DNA of 63,897 nucleotides, the filler included, from Aduncisulcus paluster (Eukaryota): NCBI GenBank assembly GCA_024181965.1. It is 13 parts of 13 records of this genome, joined end to end, with 100 filler letters (N's around TTAATTAATTAA, not from the genome) between each part and the next. Parts side by side here need not be neighbours in the genome. Positions count along the whole stretch, not along the records: positions 36,216 to 48,581 come from BQXS01000137.1; positions 48,682 to 52,313 come from BQXS01000139.1; positions 52,414 to 53,986 come from BQXS01000141.1; positions 54,087 to 58,633 come from BQXS01000142.1; positions 58,734 to 60,707 come from BQXS01000143.1; 8 more parts are not named here. One strand, given 5' to 3'. A program made the translations under genes and the position numbers. Each line of letters starts with the position of its first letter. Position 1 is the stretch's first letter. Of the stretch, positions 48,201 to 60,098 are shown piece by piece. Below the pieces are notes generated by a model. That model did no database searches and was not told where the DNA came from. It saw only the letters and a program-made list of their open reading frames with translations.

Positions 48201-48581
48201 CCTTCTTCCAGGATTCTGGGATCGAATATTGTCTTAGCAACAGATAACAACTCACAAGATCCATCCTCTTCTTCTTCCTCTTCTTCCTCTTCCTCTTCTT
48301 CTTCCTCTTCCTCTTCCTCGTATTCTGCAAAGTCTTCATCAAAGTCAAATTCGTCCTCTTCTTCCTCATCTGCACTATGTGAGGTACGGGCTAATCTGCT
48401 TCTTTTCTGTTTCTTGGGCTTTATATTGGCGCCATATTGCCTCTTCTCCTTCTTGACCATGTCTTCAAAAGACACAGATCCCCTCCCTGCGAGTGACTGT
48501 CTCTGTTCATCGTTGAGCATATCCACATAGACAGAAATAGACTCGAAGAAAGAGGGAGAGAGGAAGGAAGAGGAGTGATCG
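36216..48581 (-). CDS. Very large (~4000 aa, both ends open) degenerate dynein-heavy-chain-like protein; split by gap artefact at 37601-37620
   Basis: DHC linker-like LW...W...VD, FRLIHWKIL, QATGESVVDRLLSNLKEYW; AAA2-like WMKAAREMH...HVVVVRSPPFAGAREV; AAA3-like TNVFLLPTHTDTPSK; no intact Walker A seen. Confidence 0.6.
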
Positions 48582-48725
48582 NNNNNNNNNNNNNNNNNNN
48601 NNNNNNNNNNNNNNNNNNNNNNNNNTTAATTAATTAANNNNNNNNNNNNNNNNNNNNNNNNNNNNNNNNNNNNNNNNNNNNATCGATATATTCGAACCCA
48701 ACCTACATGTCACAATATTGCAGAT

Positions 48726-49082
48726 TTGTCCTTACCCTTTATTGTTCCTGAAAATAAGATTTTTGTTGACCATCAGATACGATTTAAGACTGGAAAATTT
48801 TATTTGTTTAAAGATATTGAACTTGATGATGCTATTATTCAGTTTATCTCCCATTCCGAAGATAAAATTCACATAAGAGGACAAATTTACAAGTATTTTG
48901 GTCCTGCATCAATTGGCTACGGTGATGATTACAGATATAATTTATTTTATTTGTATTCATTCTTCGGTATAGGTGATATCATGAGGTCTTCTGTCGATAG
49001 ATTGGCTCATTGTGCTTTAGCCAGAGACTTAAAGTTTCGAACTATTCCAGGACATTTCCTAATATGTCCATTACGCAAGTAA
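48726..49082 (+). CDS. Hypothetical beta-rich C-terminal fragment, possibly transposon-encoded
   Basis: ORF near contig edge, directly followed by palindromic subterminal-like repeats. Confidence 0.4.
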   Translation: MSLPFIVPENKIFVDHQIRFKTGKFYLFKDIELDDAIIQFISHSEDKIHIRGQIYKYFGPASIGYGDDYRYNLFYLYSFFGIGDIMRSSVDRLAHCALARDLKFRTIPGHFLICPLRK

Positions 49083-49165
49083 ATTGAAATGATGATTGTA
49101 ATAATGAAGACTTTTTCACGATTTGGTATGTTGGTTTATTGTTATGTTCCCATGCATATTTCGAT

Positions 49166-49265
49166 GGTATGACCTAGGTCATACATAAGTCCGACCGTGG
49201 TCATACCTTCATTGGAGGCAAACACGGTATGACCTAGGTCGGGACCTAAAAAAGTCATCGCTGTG
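49166..49265. repeat. Palindromic GGTATGACC repeats ending in CTGTG (CACAG on minus): candidate DNA-transposon end
   Basis: 18-bp perfect palindrome GTATGACCTAGGTCATAC at 49167-49184, GGTCATACC at 49199-49207, GGTATGACCTAGGTC at 49226-49240. Confidence 0.55.
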
Positions 49266-49344
49266 TATAGAACGTTTAAATTCAGTTTAATGTCAATAAA
49301 AAGAACAATAAGTTGTCAAAAGTATAAGATTTAACCAGAAATCA

Positions 49345-50082
49345 TTGACACACAATATATTGCTGATTTCAGCCGAAACCGGATTTCCGGCACAACTTCT
49401 CGAGAATGCTCCAATATGTATTTTTCCTGAAGAACACAAAATTTTCATGGAACCAAATTATGAAAAATTTAAAATTTATTATAACGTTAAATCTGGAGGA
49501 AGAGGAACATCTGTTGAAAAAGCCTTTGATCATGTAGAAGTTTTTGATTCTCTTGAGACCTTTAAAGCCATTGTTTTTACTAGATTACTCCTTTATCTTC
49601 ACGGAGAATGTTTTGAAGGAACTTGTCCAACCCCATACCGTCTTATTAGATCTCCCGAAAGTACAATAGAGTTATGTTCAAGTGATCCTTCCGAAACTGG
49701 GCTACCCACAAGAACTGTTCATTCGGTAAATGAAAGTATCAAGGAATTACTTAAAAGAAAAATCACTATTGCACTCAAATCATCTAACAAATCCCAACGC
49801 GAAGATATTAATGAATTTACTGATACTGCTTATAATAATTTAATTACTGCCCGAAGACGTGAGGTCTTATCAACTTTTCCAGGGGTAGAAGATGGTCCAT
49901 ATGTTCTTCCAACATCAACTACTCGTGGCTATCCTCCAGTTGAGCTCGTGGATGGTTATCCCGTTTCTGTCCTATATATCTATTTAATTCGGCCTCCACA
50001 AACTCAAACAAGAAGAGACGAATCCAGTGTGATACCGTTTTGGGGGAACGTCCTACAACTTCAGCAGCTGTTTCGACACTAA
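49345..50082 (+). CDS. Hypothetical ORF, probably chimeric with the duplicated segment
   Basis: 245-codon ORF; the part after 49817 belongs to a tandem duplication whose minus strand encodes an HTH. Confidence 0.35.
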   Translation: MTHNILLISAETGFPAQLLENAPICIFPEEHKIFMEPNYEKFKIYYNVKSGGRGTSVEKAFDHVEVFDSLETFKAIVFTRLLLYLHGECFEGTCPTPYRLIRSPESTIELCSSDPSETGLPTRTVHSVNESIKELLKRKITIALKSSNKSQREDINEFTDTAYNNLITARRREVLSTFPGVEDGPYVLPTSTTRGYPPVELVDGYPVSVLYIYLIRPPQTQTRRDESSVIPFWGNVLQLQQLFRH

Positions 50083-50586
50083 CTCCTCGTACGAGAACCG
50101 CTATGCAAAACTGTTCCTTGTTTTGCACACTAAAGTGTTTTTTGCGGCTTAATTTACATTAAATAATAAAAAAAAAGTGAAATATATGAATAATAATCAA
50201 ATTACTGATACTGCTTATAATAATTTAATTACTGCCCGAAGACGTGAGGTCTTATCAACTTTTCCAGGGGTAGAAGATGGTCCATATGTTCTTCCAACAT
50301 CAACTACTCGTGGCTATCCTCCAGTTGAGCTCGTGGATGGTTATCCCGTTTCTGTCCTATATATCTATTTAATTCGGCCTCCACAAACTCAAACAAGAAG
50401 AGACGAAGCCAGTGTGATACCGTTTTGGGGGAACGTCCTACAACTTCAGCAGCTGTTTCGACACTAACTCCTCGTACGAGAACCGCTATGCAAAACTGTT
50501 CCTTGTTTTGCACACTAAAGTGTTTTTTGCGGCTTAATTTACATTAAATAATAAAAAAAAAGTGAAATATATGAATAATAATCAAA
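49817..50586. repeat. Tandem duplication, 2 x ~385 bp
   Basis: 49817-50201 is near-identical to 50202-50586 (one substitution, A-run length difference); no N gap between copies. Confidence 0.92.
49919..50155 (-). mobile_element. Transposase-type helix-turn-helix remnant (IS3 OrfA-like); second copy 50304-50540
   Basis: RKKHFSVQNKEQFCIAVLVRGVSVETAAEVVGRSPKTVSHWIR fits the HTH_Tnp_1/HTH_28 pattern. Confidence 0.55.
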
Positions 50587-50759
50587 TTGAAATTAGTCCT
50601 ATAATAGTCGACAAATTTCAATTCTTAAATTAATATAATTTGATAAAACATACTTTTATAAGGATTTTGTAAAATAATTCCCACCGGCATAAATCAAAAA
50701 TATGCGTGCGAACAAGTCTGTGCGTACATCTATGTTGCTCCGCACGGGTCGACTTTATT

Positions 50760-51281
50760 TGAAATCAGCAATAAGAATAGCATGAACTTTCGATTGCAAT
50801 GTTGTTAAATAGCATTATTATCCATTACATTTTTAGCCATGATATTTTGGGAATATTGGGAAAAATATTAAAAATTCCGTATTTATGCTGTGACAGCACT
50901 GCTGTCATTTGGCAAATGGAAGTGACCAATATAGAGAAGCGAATCGGGTCAATAAAATCATGCTATTTGCTCCACATGCGATTATTTTGCATGGAATCAG
51001 AACTTTTATCATGTTTTTATACTCTTATTCTCATCGATAGAAAACTCATCGAAGAAATGACATAAAACATAATAATTTGTTGTTTGGAATTTAATATTTC
51101 AGTTAACAAGGATCAGCAACAATTCATTTGGTGGTAAACACTTTCAATAAAATTGTATATGTAACGAAAATCGACTTCAAGTTGACGAAGCTGAGATCGA
51201 AATACCAGATAAAGGATTTAATCTTAATAATATATCAGGTCATCTCGATTAAAAAAGAATTAAATGGGACTGCAGTTATTT
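50760..51281 (+). repeat. Dispersed AT-rich repeat family, ~0.5-kb copy
   Basis: Colinear with 25741-26230 (-) and 14989-15133 (+). Confidence 0.8.
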
Positions 51282-51539
51282 ATATTATCAGAATATCTTT
51301 ATTAGGCGTGGAGGAGCAATTGATGCCTCAAGAATCAGTGATAGTCTTTGTTTATTTCTTTTCGCACAAAGCAGAGTTTGCCGTCATATAAATAAAGAAA
51401 AATAGCTAGATAGTTTATTCGGTGAGATACAGTACACCAACCTAAAAACTTAATTTTTTCTTGTTAATTCTGCTCAAAAAGGATCTCTAATTATTTTATT
51501 TTCCATTCTTTCTGTGGTAATACAACATCTACATGAGTT

Positions 51540-52286
51540 TTGTCCGGTGCCACCGGACAGTTCCAGTGGAACTACAACTTACCCCCCACCTTCCTGGACA
51601 CTCAATGCATGCTGTTGCGAGAACATATGTCATCTCAGATCGTGGCTCAAGTCATATCTAATCTGAACTCATTGAAACCACCTCAATTCTCAACTGCTCG
51701 CGAATTTCTTTCGTATTCACCGTTCTGGTCACTTGATTCTGGTCAGTCAAGAAGCAGAAATGGTATTCTGCAAAATGTGCCCGCTACAATAGCAACCCAT
51801 GTTGCTGTAGCGCTGAATCCTTTATTTGACCGTGCAGTGACTACAACCTCAGTACGTGCTAAGTCTCGTGCTCTTAAATGCGTGTCAGCTCGAATGACCG
51901 TGGCTCAAGATGTTCTTTTTTCCAGTGACATACCCATCGATCCCCCCCTTGATGTTCAATCTGGTGATCCTCCAACTACACCAGTCGATGTCCCTCAGGC
52001 ATCAACTACTACCACACAACAAGAACCTCCTTCCTCCTCTACTGTTCCGCCTCCCTCAGTCCCTCAACCAACCTCACATCGTCATTGTATGTACCTTCCT
52101 GATCACAATCGCTCTGGAGCCATCACAACCCTTATCTCCACTTTTGCTGACATTGATCATAGGATTCGTACTCATGGTCATAGTGAAATCAACAAGGGTC
52201 TTGAACGCCTTCTAACGTGTACTCAGTGCTACTTAGTAGGACTTAAAAGGAAGCGTGGCAGGAAAGGAAAAGGAAATGGAAATTAG
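51540..52286 (+). CDS. Hypothetical protein with P/T/S-rich segment and basic C-terminus
   Basis: 248-codon ORF with coding-like composition; no domain recognised. Confidence 0.5.
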   Translation: MSGATGQFQWNYNLPPTFLDTQCMLLREHMSSQIVAQVISNLNSLKPPQFSTAREFLSYSPFWSLDSGQSRSRNGILQNVPATIATHVAVALNPLFDRAVTTTSVRAKSRALKCVSARMTVAQDVLFSSDIPIDPPLDVQSGDPPTTPVDVPQASTTTTQQEPPSSSTVPPPSVPQPTSHRHCMYLPDHNRSGAITTLISTFADIDHRIRTHGHSEINKGLERLLTCTQCYLVGLKRKRGRKGKGNGN

Positions 52287-52413
52287 TCCTATAATAGTCG
52301 ACAAATTTCAATTNNNNNNNNNNNNNNNNNNNNNNNNNNNNNNNNNNNNNNNNNNNNTTAATTAATTAANNNNNNNNNNNNNNNNNNNNNNNNNNNNNNN
52401 NNNNNNNNNNNNN

Positions 52414-53984
52414 TCTCCAGAAGCAATGGGAGTCAAGTCAAGCACATCACTGATAGCACTCAATCCACATCCACTCGTAGATAATATCCTCAGACCAGAA
52501 TCAATGGGTACATACGTCACAGCCTTTGCCAAGATCTGAACAACCAACTTATCATACTCAGCATTGGAATTAATATCTCCACTCAAGTCATACCCATCAA
52601 GGGTCAGAGAGGTCAATGAAGTGGCATACTCAAGACCTTGCAGAGTCGTGATGGAATTCACAGAACTTAAGGAAGCTGCAGAAGCTATGTCTGGTAGTGA
52701 CAATGACTCATTACTATTAGCATCCAATGGACATGACAAAACACTCCTCATGGTGGCAACACTGATTATTCCAGAGTCTAGATCATTAGTTCCTCCAGGT
52801 AAACAATTAGCAACCAAGTACTGACGAATTGAATCATCATGAACAGTGTAACACTCACCACTGCTCCCTTCTTTCGCAATGAATGCACATTGTTTCTCGT
52901 TCACACCATCCACACTGTTGTACACCTCATTCAGAACGATGGAAGGGCATGAAGCATTTGAAGTATCACAGTTATATGGGGTATTTCCAGGATCAGAGTT
53001 GAGAGGACAGCTATTGGGAATATAGTATTTATCCTTATTGTCTGAGGAATGAATTGGAAAGATAGTAGCTATAAATGTCCAATATTCGGGATCAGATTCT
53101 GATCTACAGAGAGGTGTGAATCCAGAATCATATGTATTCGCAATAAACATCTTAGACAATCCAATATTCCTAAATGAGAAAGATATATCATAGATTTGTT
53201 CATTCCCATAAATATACAATAAATGAAATCTATTCAATGTGAATAAAGAATTGAGATCATAAATATTGCCATTATAGGTAGTTAAATACTGATGAAAATA
53301 TAAGTATGATAGTTGTTCAAGGAAAGAAATAGGATAAATTGATGTTACATCTGTATTTGCTCCATGGAAATAATAAATATTTATCAAATACTGAGCACCT
53401 TCAAAGGACGTAATATGGGAATTATTTGAGTAAAACTGTCCACTTATCCCAGCCATTTCAAACTCTGATACATCACACAATGGATCGGAAGCAATATCAT
53501 ATCCGGCATAATCACACACTTTACCTCTAAATAACTCATCTGGAATATATACTTGATACAATTGGTCACACTCATCACCATACCAGGCAGATCGACACCC
53601 ACATGTGATGGAAGTAGCATCTTCCTCAAGAATAGCCATCATATTGGGGTTTCTTTCACATACTTGGAGACGAATGGAATCGTCAACATCTGAAGCAGCT
53701 GTTATGCATGTATATGGTGGGGTTCCACTGGAAGTATCAAGCTCAGACCCACTCGCACATACCTCAAGACACTCTCCACTGGCGTTGTCAAGATAGTACC
53801 CATTCCAGCACTCGACAGCCCAACGATCAGGATACACTTCACGACACACTTGGTGAGCTGCAGAAGACACAGATGCAGAACAATGGCATGTTTGGTCAGA
53901 ATATGTCAAGGTTGATAGGGTTGGGAATTCGGTTTGCAATTGACTCACAATTCCTTCAATGTCACAGATATTATTATCACTAAT
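52414..53984 (-). CDS. LRR + EGF/cysteine-rich surface protein, internal fragment
   Basis: Internalin-like IPDELFR..VC cap, ITSFEGAQYLINI and ITTLQGLEYATSLTSL LRRs; EGF-like CGCRSAWYGDECD; frame open at both contig ends. Confidence 0.82.
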
Positions 53985-54088
53985 GTNNNNNNNNNNNNNN
54001 NNNNNNNNNNNNNNNNNNNNNNNNNNNNNNTTAATTAATTAANNNNNNNNNNNNNNNNNNNNNNNNNNNNNNNNNNNNNNNNNNNNAG

Positions 54089-57000
54089 CGTCAGTTATTC
54101 CTTTCTTTGATGGACGATGGTGCTCATTTTGCCAGATTTACGACTGATGATAAATTCATGAGCATTGTCCAAAGTATGAAAGAAAAAACTCAAGTTAGAG
54201 GTGATAGAACTTTGTTCGATTTAGTTGTATCTGCTAAACACACGCAAAAAATGATATATTATGTATATCTGACGTTGTTTATCATTTCTTTCCTTTATAT
54301 CGTGTTTTTATCTTCCATATTTTCAACGTTTTCGCTTGATGAAGATTTCCAGAGTTTACGTCGAGATTTGCATATTTTCAAACCTCAACAAATGATTCCT
54401 CAGTCCTTTTCACAGTATTATAAACCCCAAAGCTCCCTGAGTGCTGCGTATGAGAACAATCCAACATCTGTTACCGTTCCCAAGAATGATGACAGTTCAA
54501 CCTCTTCGATATATGATTTTATTCACTTTTCATATGCTTCTTCTTCTACGATTACAGGGGGGATGTCATGCATATCGTTTTTACAAACAACTATGCAAGT
54601 TTATGACATTACTTCAGTCGATTCGTTTGATTCTTTATCAGATGATGATAGGGAACTTGTAATTTCTCGTCTAAACAGTGCCATAACATGTATGAATGAC
54701 GTGTTCCATGATATTCCTGTTCATACTCTTCAAGCTGAAGTATTTGGCGTTGAATTGGATTCTCTATTGTCACAAAGCGTTCTGACTGTGAATTCTTTCT
54801 TGTATTTCATGAGAGTTGTTGCATTTTACACTGTTCACGGTGCTGGTATTCAAGATATATTTATTGGCACTCCTTTATTACATTCTCTTGATCCTATTAT
54901 CTCTCAGGCTATTTTTCCTCTTCGACATTTCAATGGTGAGGATTTGTTAGAGTTGTGGGGAAATTTACCAATGGATGAGGATGAATTAGAAACTATGGAT
55001 CCATTCAAGGCTCAGCAAGCTATTTTAAGGGGGGCTATTTTCTCCACAATCACTCGTATTCACACTCAAAGCCATGTTAATGTGCTTGAAAACCTTAAAC
55101 AGATACATTTGAATCACACAGCAAAGAAGATTAGAGCTAGCATTGTGAGCGTTATTGTATCGATTATTCTCAACGGTGGTGCAGCAGTTTTTGCTCTGAT
55201 TTCCTTTTTGATTCAGTCAAAACAAACAAAAGTCTTTGAAAGAGATTTGAAAATTAGCCAGAAATACTTCTTTATCGTTGAAGATGTTGATTTTGCTGAA
55301 AATGTAGTGAAAGAAGAGAAGAAAGAGACTGAAGAAGACGAGGAAGACGATGTTCCCATGCTCAAACAAGTCGTAAAACAACAAACTGGGCCTGTTTTGG
55401 GTTCTGATTCTGCTTTACCGTCGTCTAATGTTCCTTCTTCTTCCTCTTCTTCTTCATCAGTCGGATCTATTGGCAACAACAGCAATAACGGTAACAATGG
55501 ACAGAATGATGGTTTTGGAAATGGTCTAAAAGATTATAGTTCACGAATCTTACAGCCTTCTTCATATCGTAACCATAATGGCCTTGATGTTAATGGGTCT
55601 GGAATANNNNNNNNNNNNNNNNNNNNATGTTGATTTTGCTGAAAATGTAGTGAAAGAAGAGAAGAAAGAGACTGAAGCAGACGAGGAAGACGATGTTCCC
55701 ATGCTCAAACAAGTCGTAAAACAACAAACTGGGCCTGTTTTGGGTTCTGATTCTGCTTTACCGTCGTCTAATGTTCCTTCTTCTTCCTCTTCTTCTTCAT
55801 CAGTCGGATCTATTGGCAACAACAGCAATAACGGTAACAATGGACAGAATGATGGTTTTGGAAATGGTCTAAAAGATTATAGTTCACGAATCTTACAGCC
55901 TTCTTCATATCGTAACCATAATGGCCTTGATGTTAATGGGTCTGGAATATCTCAAAACATTAGTAGTACAAAATTAGAAGAGATTTCTATGCCCTCAAAT
56001 GGTATTTTGGGGGTTGGAAGTGTCGCATCTCATGCTATTACTGAGCTTTCATTGCATAATATTTTCAATCCAACTACAAATTCTATGGATGGATGCAGAA
56101 TGGTTAGTTTTATCATAGCCTGTTTCACGATTGTTATCAATTGTTTCTTGTGTTTACTGATTGTCAGTGGATTCCGAAACACTCTGAATGTGACCAATGA
56201 AGAAATGATATTTGGGTCCAGTATTGCTGCTCTCCATTCTTTTCAGTCACATCTGATGACCGTATCACAGAATATTCTTGCTTCAAATAGCTCAGATACT
56301 CTTGTTAAATACCTTGTTGATGTTCTCTTCTCTTCTTCCTTGCACAGCGTTGTAAGGGATTTCACTGATAAATATGCCAAATATTTGTCCAGTTCGCCTT
56401 ATCTCAATGAACATGAGGAGATTGGAATCACTGGTGTAATGTGCGATGCAGCTCTTATCGGAGAGTTGTTATTCCGTGTGTCAGATGTTGTTGATCTCGA
56501 TAATGTGGATGGCATATCTGGTATTGAAAAATATTACATCAAAAATCTGCATTCCGCCTATCTATTCCTTCCTCAGTGTGTTTTGTTGGGTGAGAAGTGT
56601 GATATCTTGGACGACATTGTTGAGAACACCAATCTTGAATACTTTGCACTTTCAGACGAACAATTTACCGGTAATTCATCCTTAGTTGACGTCTGTGACT
56701 CTTTGAGTACCTTCTATGAATACGAGGAATTATCTACGGATACTGATGGAAATATCGATGCAGCTTCATTTTGGACTGGCCTGATGGATCCTTTCTTCCT
56801 TGAAGTGATGCAATCTCATGATTTGAATGCACATCATCTTTTTTCTTCGATTGAACAGACCATTGGTGAAGCTTACGTTGACTTCACTTCACTTCGGGAT
56901 ATGTTACGGCCCACCTTCGTTTTTTGCTCTATTGCTTGCTTTATTGCTGCCTTAATCTGGATCCTTGCTGGTCTGGTCGATATCAGTTCATTGCGTGTCG

Positions 57001-58070
57001 TGTTGAAGAGTTATGAAAGGTTCTGGGTGCGTGCTGTCCGAAAACTACATCCAAATACTCTTGATCCACTCGATTTACTTGGCAAATTGTCTGATATGGA
57101 ACCACTCAAACAGACTAGGACAGAAGGGAAGTTTGGCACTGGTGATGCTCTTGTTCCTATTGAAGCGAAGAATGAAACTACTCTTCCTGTCCGTTCTATA
57201 TTAAGAATCTCTGCGCTCTCATCGACTTCTTATGACGAGAACTGTGAAAATGTGCCTAGTATCACGTCTCTACGAATTGTTTCGATTCTCATGTACTGTG
57301 TTTGCATGGTGATGTTTGCAATTATTGCACTTGTCATTTTCTCTATCGTGAAATCATATCAAACATCAATGACCGAGAAACTGATCAAGCTGGACAACTA
57401 TTCCCGACACAGTGTAACTCTACATGTCTTGTTCAGTTCACTCATTGAGACGACTTCACATACCATCAAGATGAGCAGCGTTGCACTAGGATCACATCTG
57501 AATTCAATGCTCGAGAAGGATTTCTTGTACAAATCGATTGGATTAAACGATATGAATTCATTTTATTCCCATCAAACCAACTCTCGCAGAATGGCAGATA
57601 TATTCCCAATGGATTCTTTGCAGACGTATAACGTTGTGCACACACTCAACAGCTCCATTCCAGATAGTATTGGTTCCTGGAAAGATGAATGGAACGACTC
57701 CAAGCTATTCTCCATCTACATCTCTCGTGTCGTCAATGTGCTTGACCTCGATTTGACTCTCCCAGATCCAAGATTAACGAGTCTTATCGTCGACACGGAG
57801 AAAGTGATCGAGTTAAGTCTTCAGAATCTTGGCTCTGAACTTGCTGAAGATTCAGACAAATCATATGCCATCACACCCTTGAATCTTTGGCTTTTGGTGA
57901 CAATGTCGATCATTTCTTTGATATTCATTGTTGTGTTGATTGGAAGAAGGATATTGCAGCAGATTCACTCTGCAATCCATATTCTCCTCTATTCTACCCC
58001 TCTTCCAGTCATTCAACGGGGGATTAAATGCATTCGCCAGGAGAAGAGAGAGTGGCAAAAACATTTCTGA
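54089..58070 (+). CDS. Large multipass membrane protein, C-terminal part (repeated TM-ectodomain-TM modules), split by gap artefact
   Basis: Three pairs of hydrophobic helices flanking ~200-280-aa helical domains; one continuous frame once the duplicated ~55283-55606 block is collapsed. Confidence 0.75.
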
Positions 58071-58100
58071 TCATAATGTGCCTGAGCATCATAATTATGT

Positions 58101-58316
58101 TGTTAGCTGTTCTACAGAATTTATGCTTGGAGCAAATTTACTATTTTGAAATAAAATATAAATTCCCAGTTTTTGGATTTGAAACCAAACCGGAACCAAA
58201 AAATAAAACATTCTTAATCCTTTAATATAATAAGATGATAACTTCAAAATAATAAATAATAATAATAGTTTCTGTCAATAATAAATAAACAACATTGTAA
58301 TACCATCATACTAACA
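58101..58316 (-). mobile_element. 3' LTR (216 bp) with PPT at 58320-58333
   Basis: Perfect TGTTAG...CTAACA termini; AGTAAATTTGCT motif near the 3' end; AAAAAGAAAGAAGG-TAG upstream; follows a chromodomain ORF. Confidence 0.7.
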
Positions 58317-58378
58317 CTACCTTCTTTCTTTTTATAATTCTCGTATTATGATGATTGTTTTTTTTTCCATTAATCAGA

Positions 58379-58633
58379 CTATCCTTTCCTTTTCCTACCA
58401 GGTTTTCTTTTAATTTTATATTTCGAACCTTGCTCAGCAATTCGATATATTAATTCCGGGTGCGAGATAATAAATTTCTCTAATGGTAATGTTCCAATAA
58501 CCTTTGGTAATGGTTCCCATTTGTCTGTACCATCTAAATATCTTGCCAAGAAAAACAAATTACTTCCTTCCATCTTATAATCTTCAATATCTTCAACCGG
58601 CCATTTAATCTCATCAAAAGAACGCATTCTTTT
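58379..58633 (-). mobile_element. Chromovirus pol C-terminal chromodomain
   Basis: WPVEDIEDYK...FFLARYLDGTDKWEP...LEKF, followed by PPT and LTR. Confidence 0.8.
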
Positions 58634-58734
58634 NNNNNNNNNNNNNNNNNNNNNNNNNNNNNNNNNNNNNNNNNNNNTTAATTAATTAANNNNNNNNNNN
58701 NNNNNNNNNNNNNNNNNNNNNNNNNNNNNNNNNA

Positions 58735-59476
58735 TGGAAAGGAATTACAAAGGACATTGCTGAACATTTGAAGACCTGTGTGTACTGCCAAAAGCTGAAG
58801 CAGTTACCTACTCCCAGAATGAGAGGCACTATTGCTGGAACACAACCTTTCCAAAGTGTAGCTATTGATTTGATGGGTCCTTTAGAGGAGGATGCAGATG
58901 GAATGAGATACTTGATGGTGTTCGTAGACTCATTTACGAGATTCGTGGAAATTCAAGAATGCAAGTCCACGACAGCAGATGAAGCTGTTGACATATTACA
59001 CTCTTCTATTATTTCCAGATATGGCATTCCAAACGAATTGAGAACTGATGCTGGGGGTCAATTCACAAGTGGAAAGTTCAAGGAGATGTGTAAAGACTTA
59101 AGAATCAATCATGTGGTAGTCACAGTTGGTCACCACGAGGAAAACGGAATGGTTGAACGAATTATCGGAGAACTAAGGAAAATAGTTCGTTATATAAGAC
59201 TCCATAGTGAAACACCTCCCGTGTGGAGACAAGTTCGAATGACAATGATGTCTGTGTTAAACGCCAGACACCACTCCTCTATTGGTTGTTCCCCATTCAG
59301 AGCTCTTTTTGGTAATAATATGCTGGAAGGTAGAGGATCTCTGGAAGAATTATGGACTCCCTGTATTGGTTCAGAAGAAGAAGAAGAACAACAACAATTA
59401 TCCTCGGAATATGTTACTAAGCTTTCTGAATTGTTGACAACGATTCAAGATAAGGCGAGAGGAAGGAGCGAAGAAA
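58735..59476 (+). mobile_element. Ty3/gypsy integrase (zinc-binding C-x2-C + DDE core), truncated
   Basis: KTCVYCQ, PFQSVAIDLMGPL, DSFTRF, LRTDAGGQF, ENGMVER. Confidence 0.93.
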
Positions 59477-60002
59477 CTACCCCCTTTTCTTCTCAGAGAG
59501 CAATTTCACTTCATTCCTTCCCCTCCATTAATCACTTAATATTTATAATTATAAATAAAAAAAAATTATATAGGTAATTATAATTTAACTAGATTTTCGA
59601 TAACATATTGCTTGAAAATTTCTAAACCACCTACGACATCAACTCGTCCCCACGATTTTACCTTTTGTCGACCTATGGTCCATTCTACCAAGTAGAATCT
59701 TTCATTTCCTTCCATACGGTGTTCTATTATTTGCGTAACCTTTCCGTCGAACTTCTCATTCACGTCTATTTTCTGTGTTCCATAAAATTCCCTCAGAACA
59801 CTCACATGAACGATTTTCCGTACGTCTTCCGTGATTTTAATTTCATAGTGAAATTCATCTTCCTTTTTTGTAACTTCAAACGGCCCTAACATTGTTGCAT
59901 CCAACTTTTTCTTATTTTCGTTTATAACCAACACCCTTTGACCAACTTCGTACTTAATCCTTTCTGCTTTCCTCCTCTTTAGAATAATATCTTGCCTAAA
60001 GA
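59477..60002 (-). mobile_element. Chromovirus 3' end: GPF + chromodomain (stop 59578), PPT at 59514-59526, start of LTR
   Basis: YEVGQRVLV...LGPFEV...VHVSVLREF...IIEHR...FYLVEW; GGAGGGGAAGGAA followed by TG. Confidence 0.82.
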
Positions 60003-60075
60003 TGATGTTATGGCCCAGTTCTAAAAATAGAATACACATAGAAGATTTCTTTTTAGTAAATTTGCTACCGCAACA
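60003..60075 (+). mobile_element. 5' mini-LTR (73 bp)
   Basis: TGATGT...AGTAAATTTGCTACCGCAACA; interrupts the minus-strand pol; gag-like ATG at 60099. Confidence 0.68.
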
Positions 60076-60098
60076 TTTTTGATCAAAAACAAAGGTAG

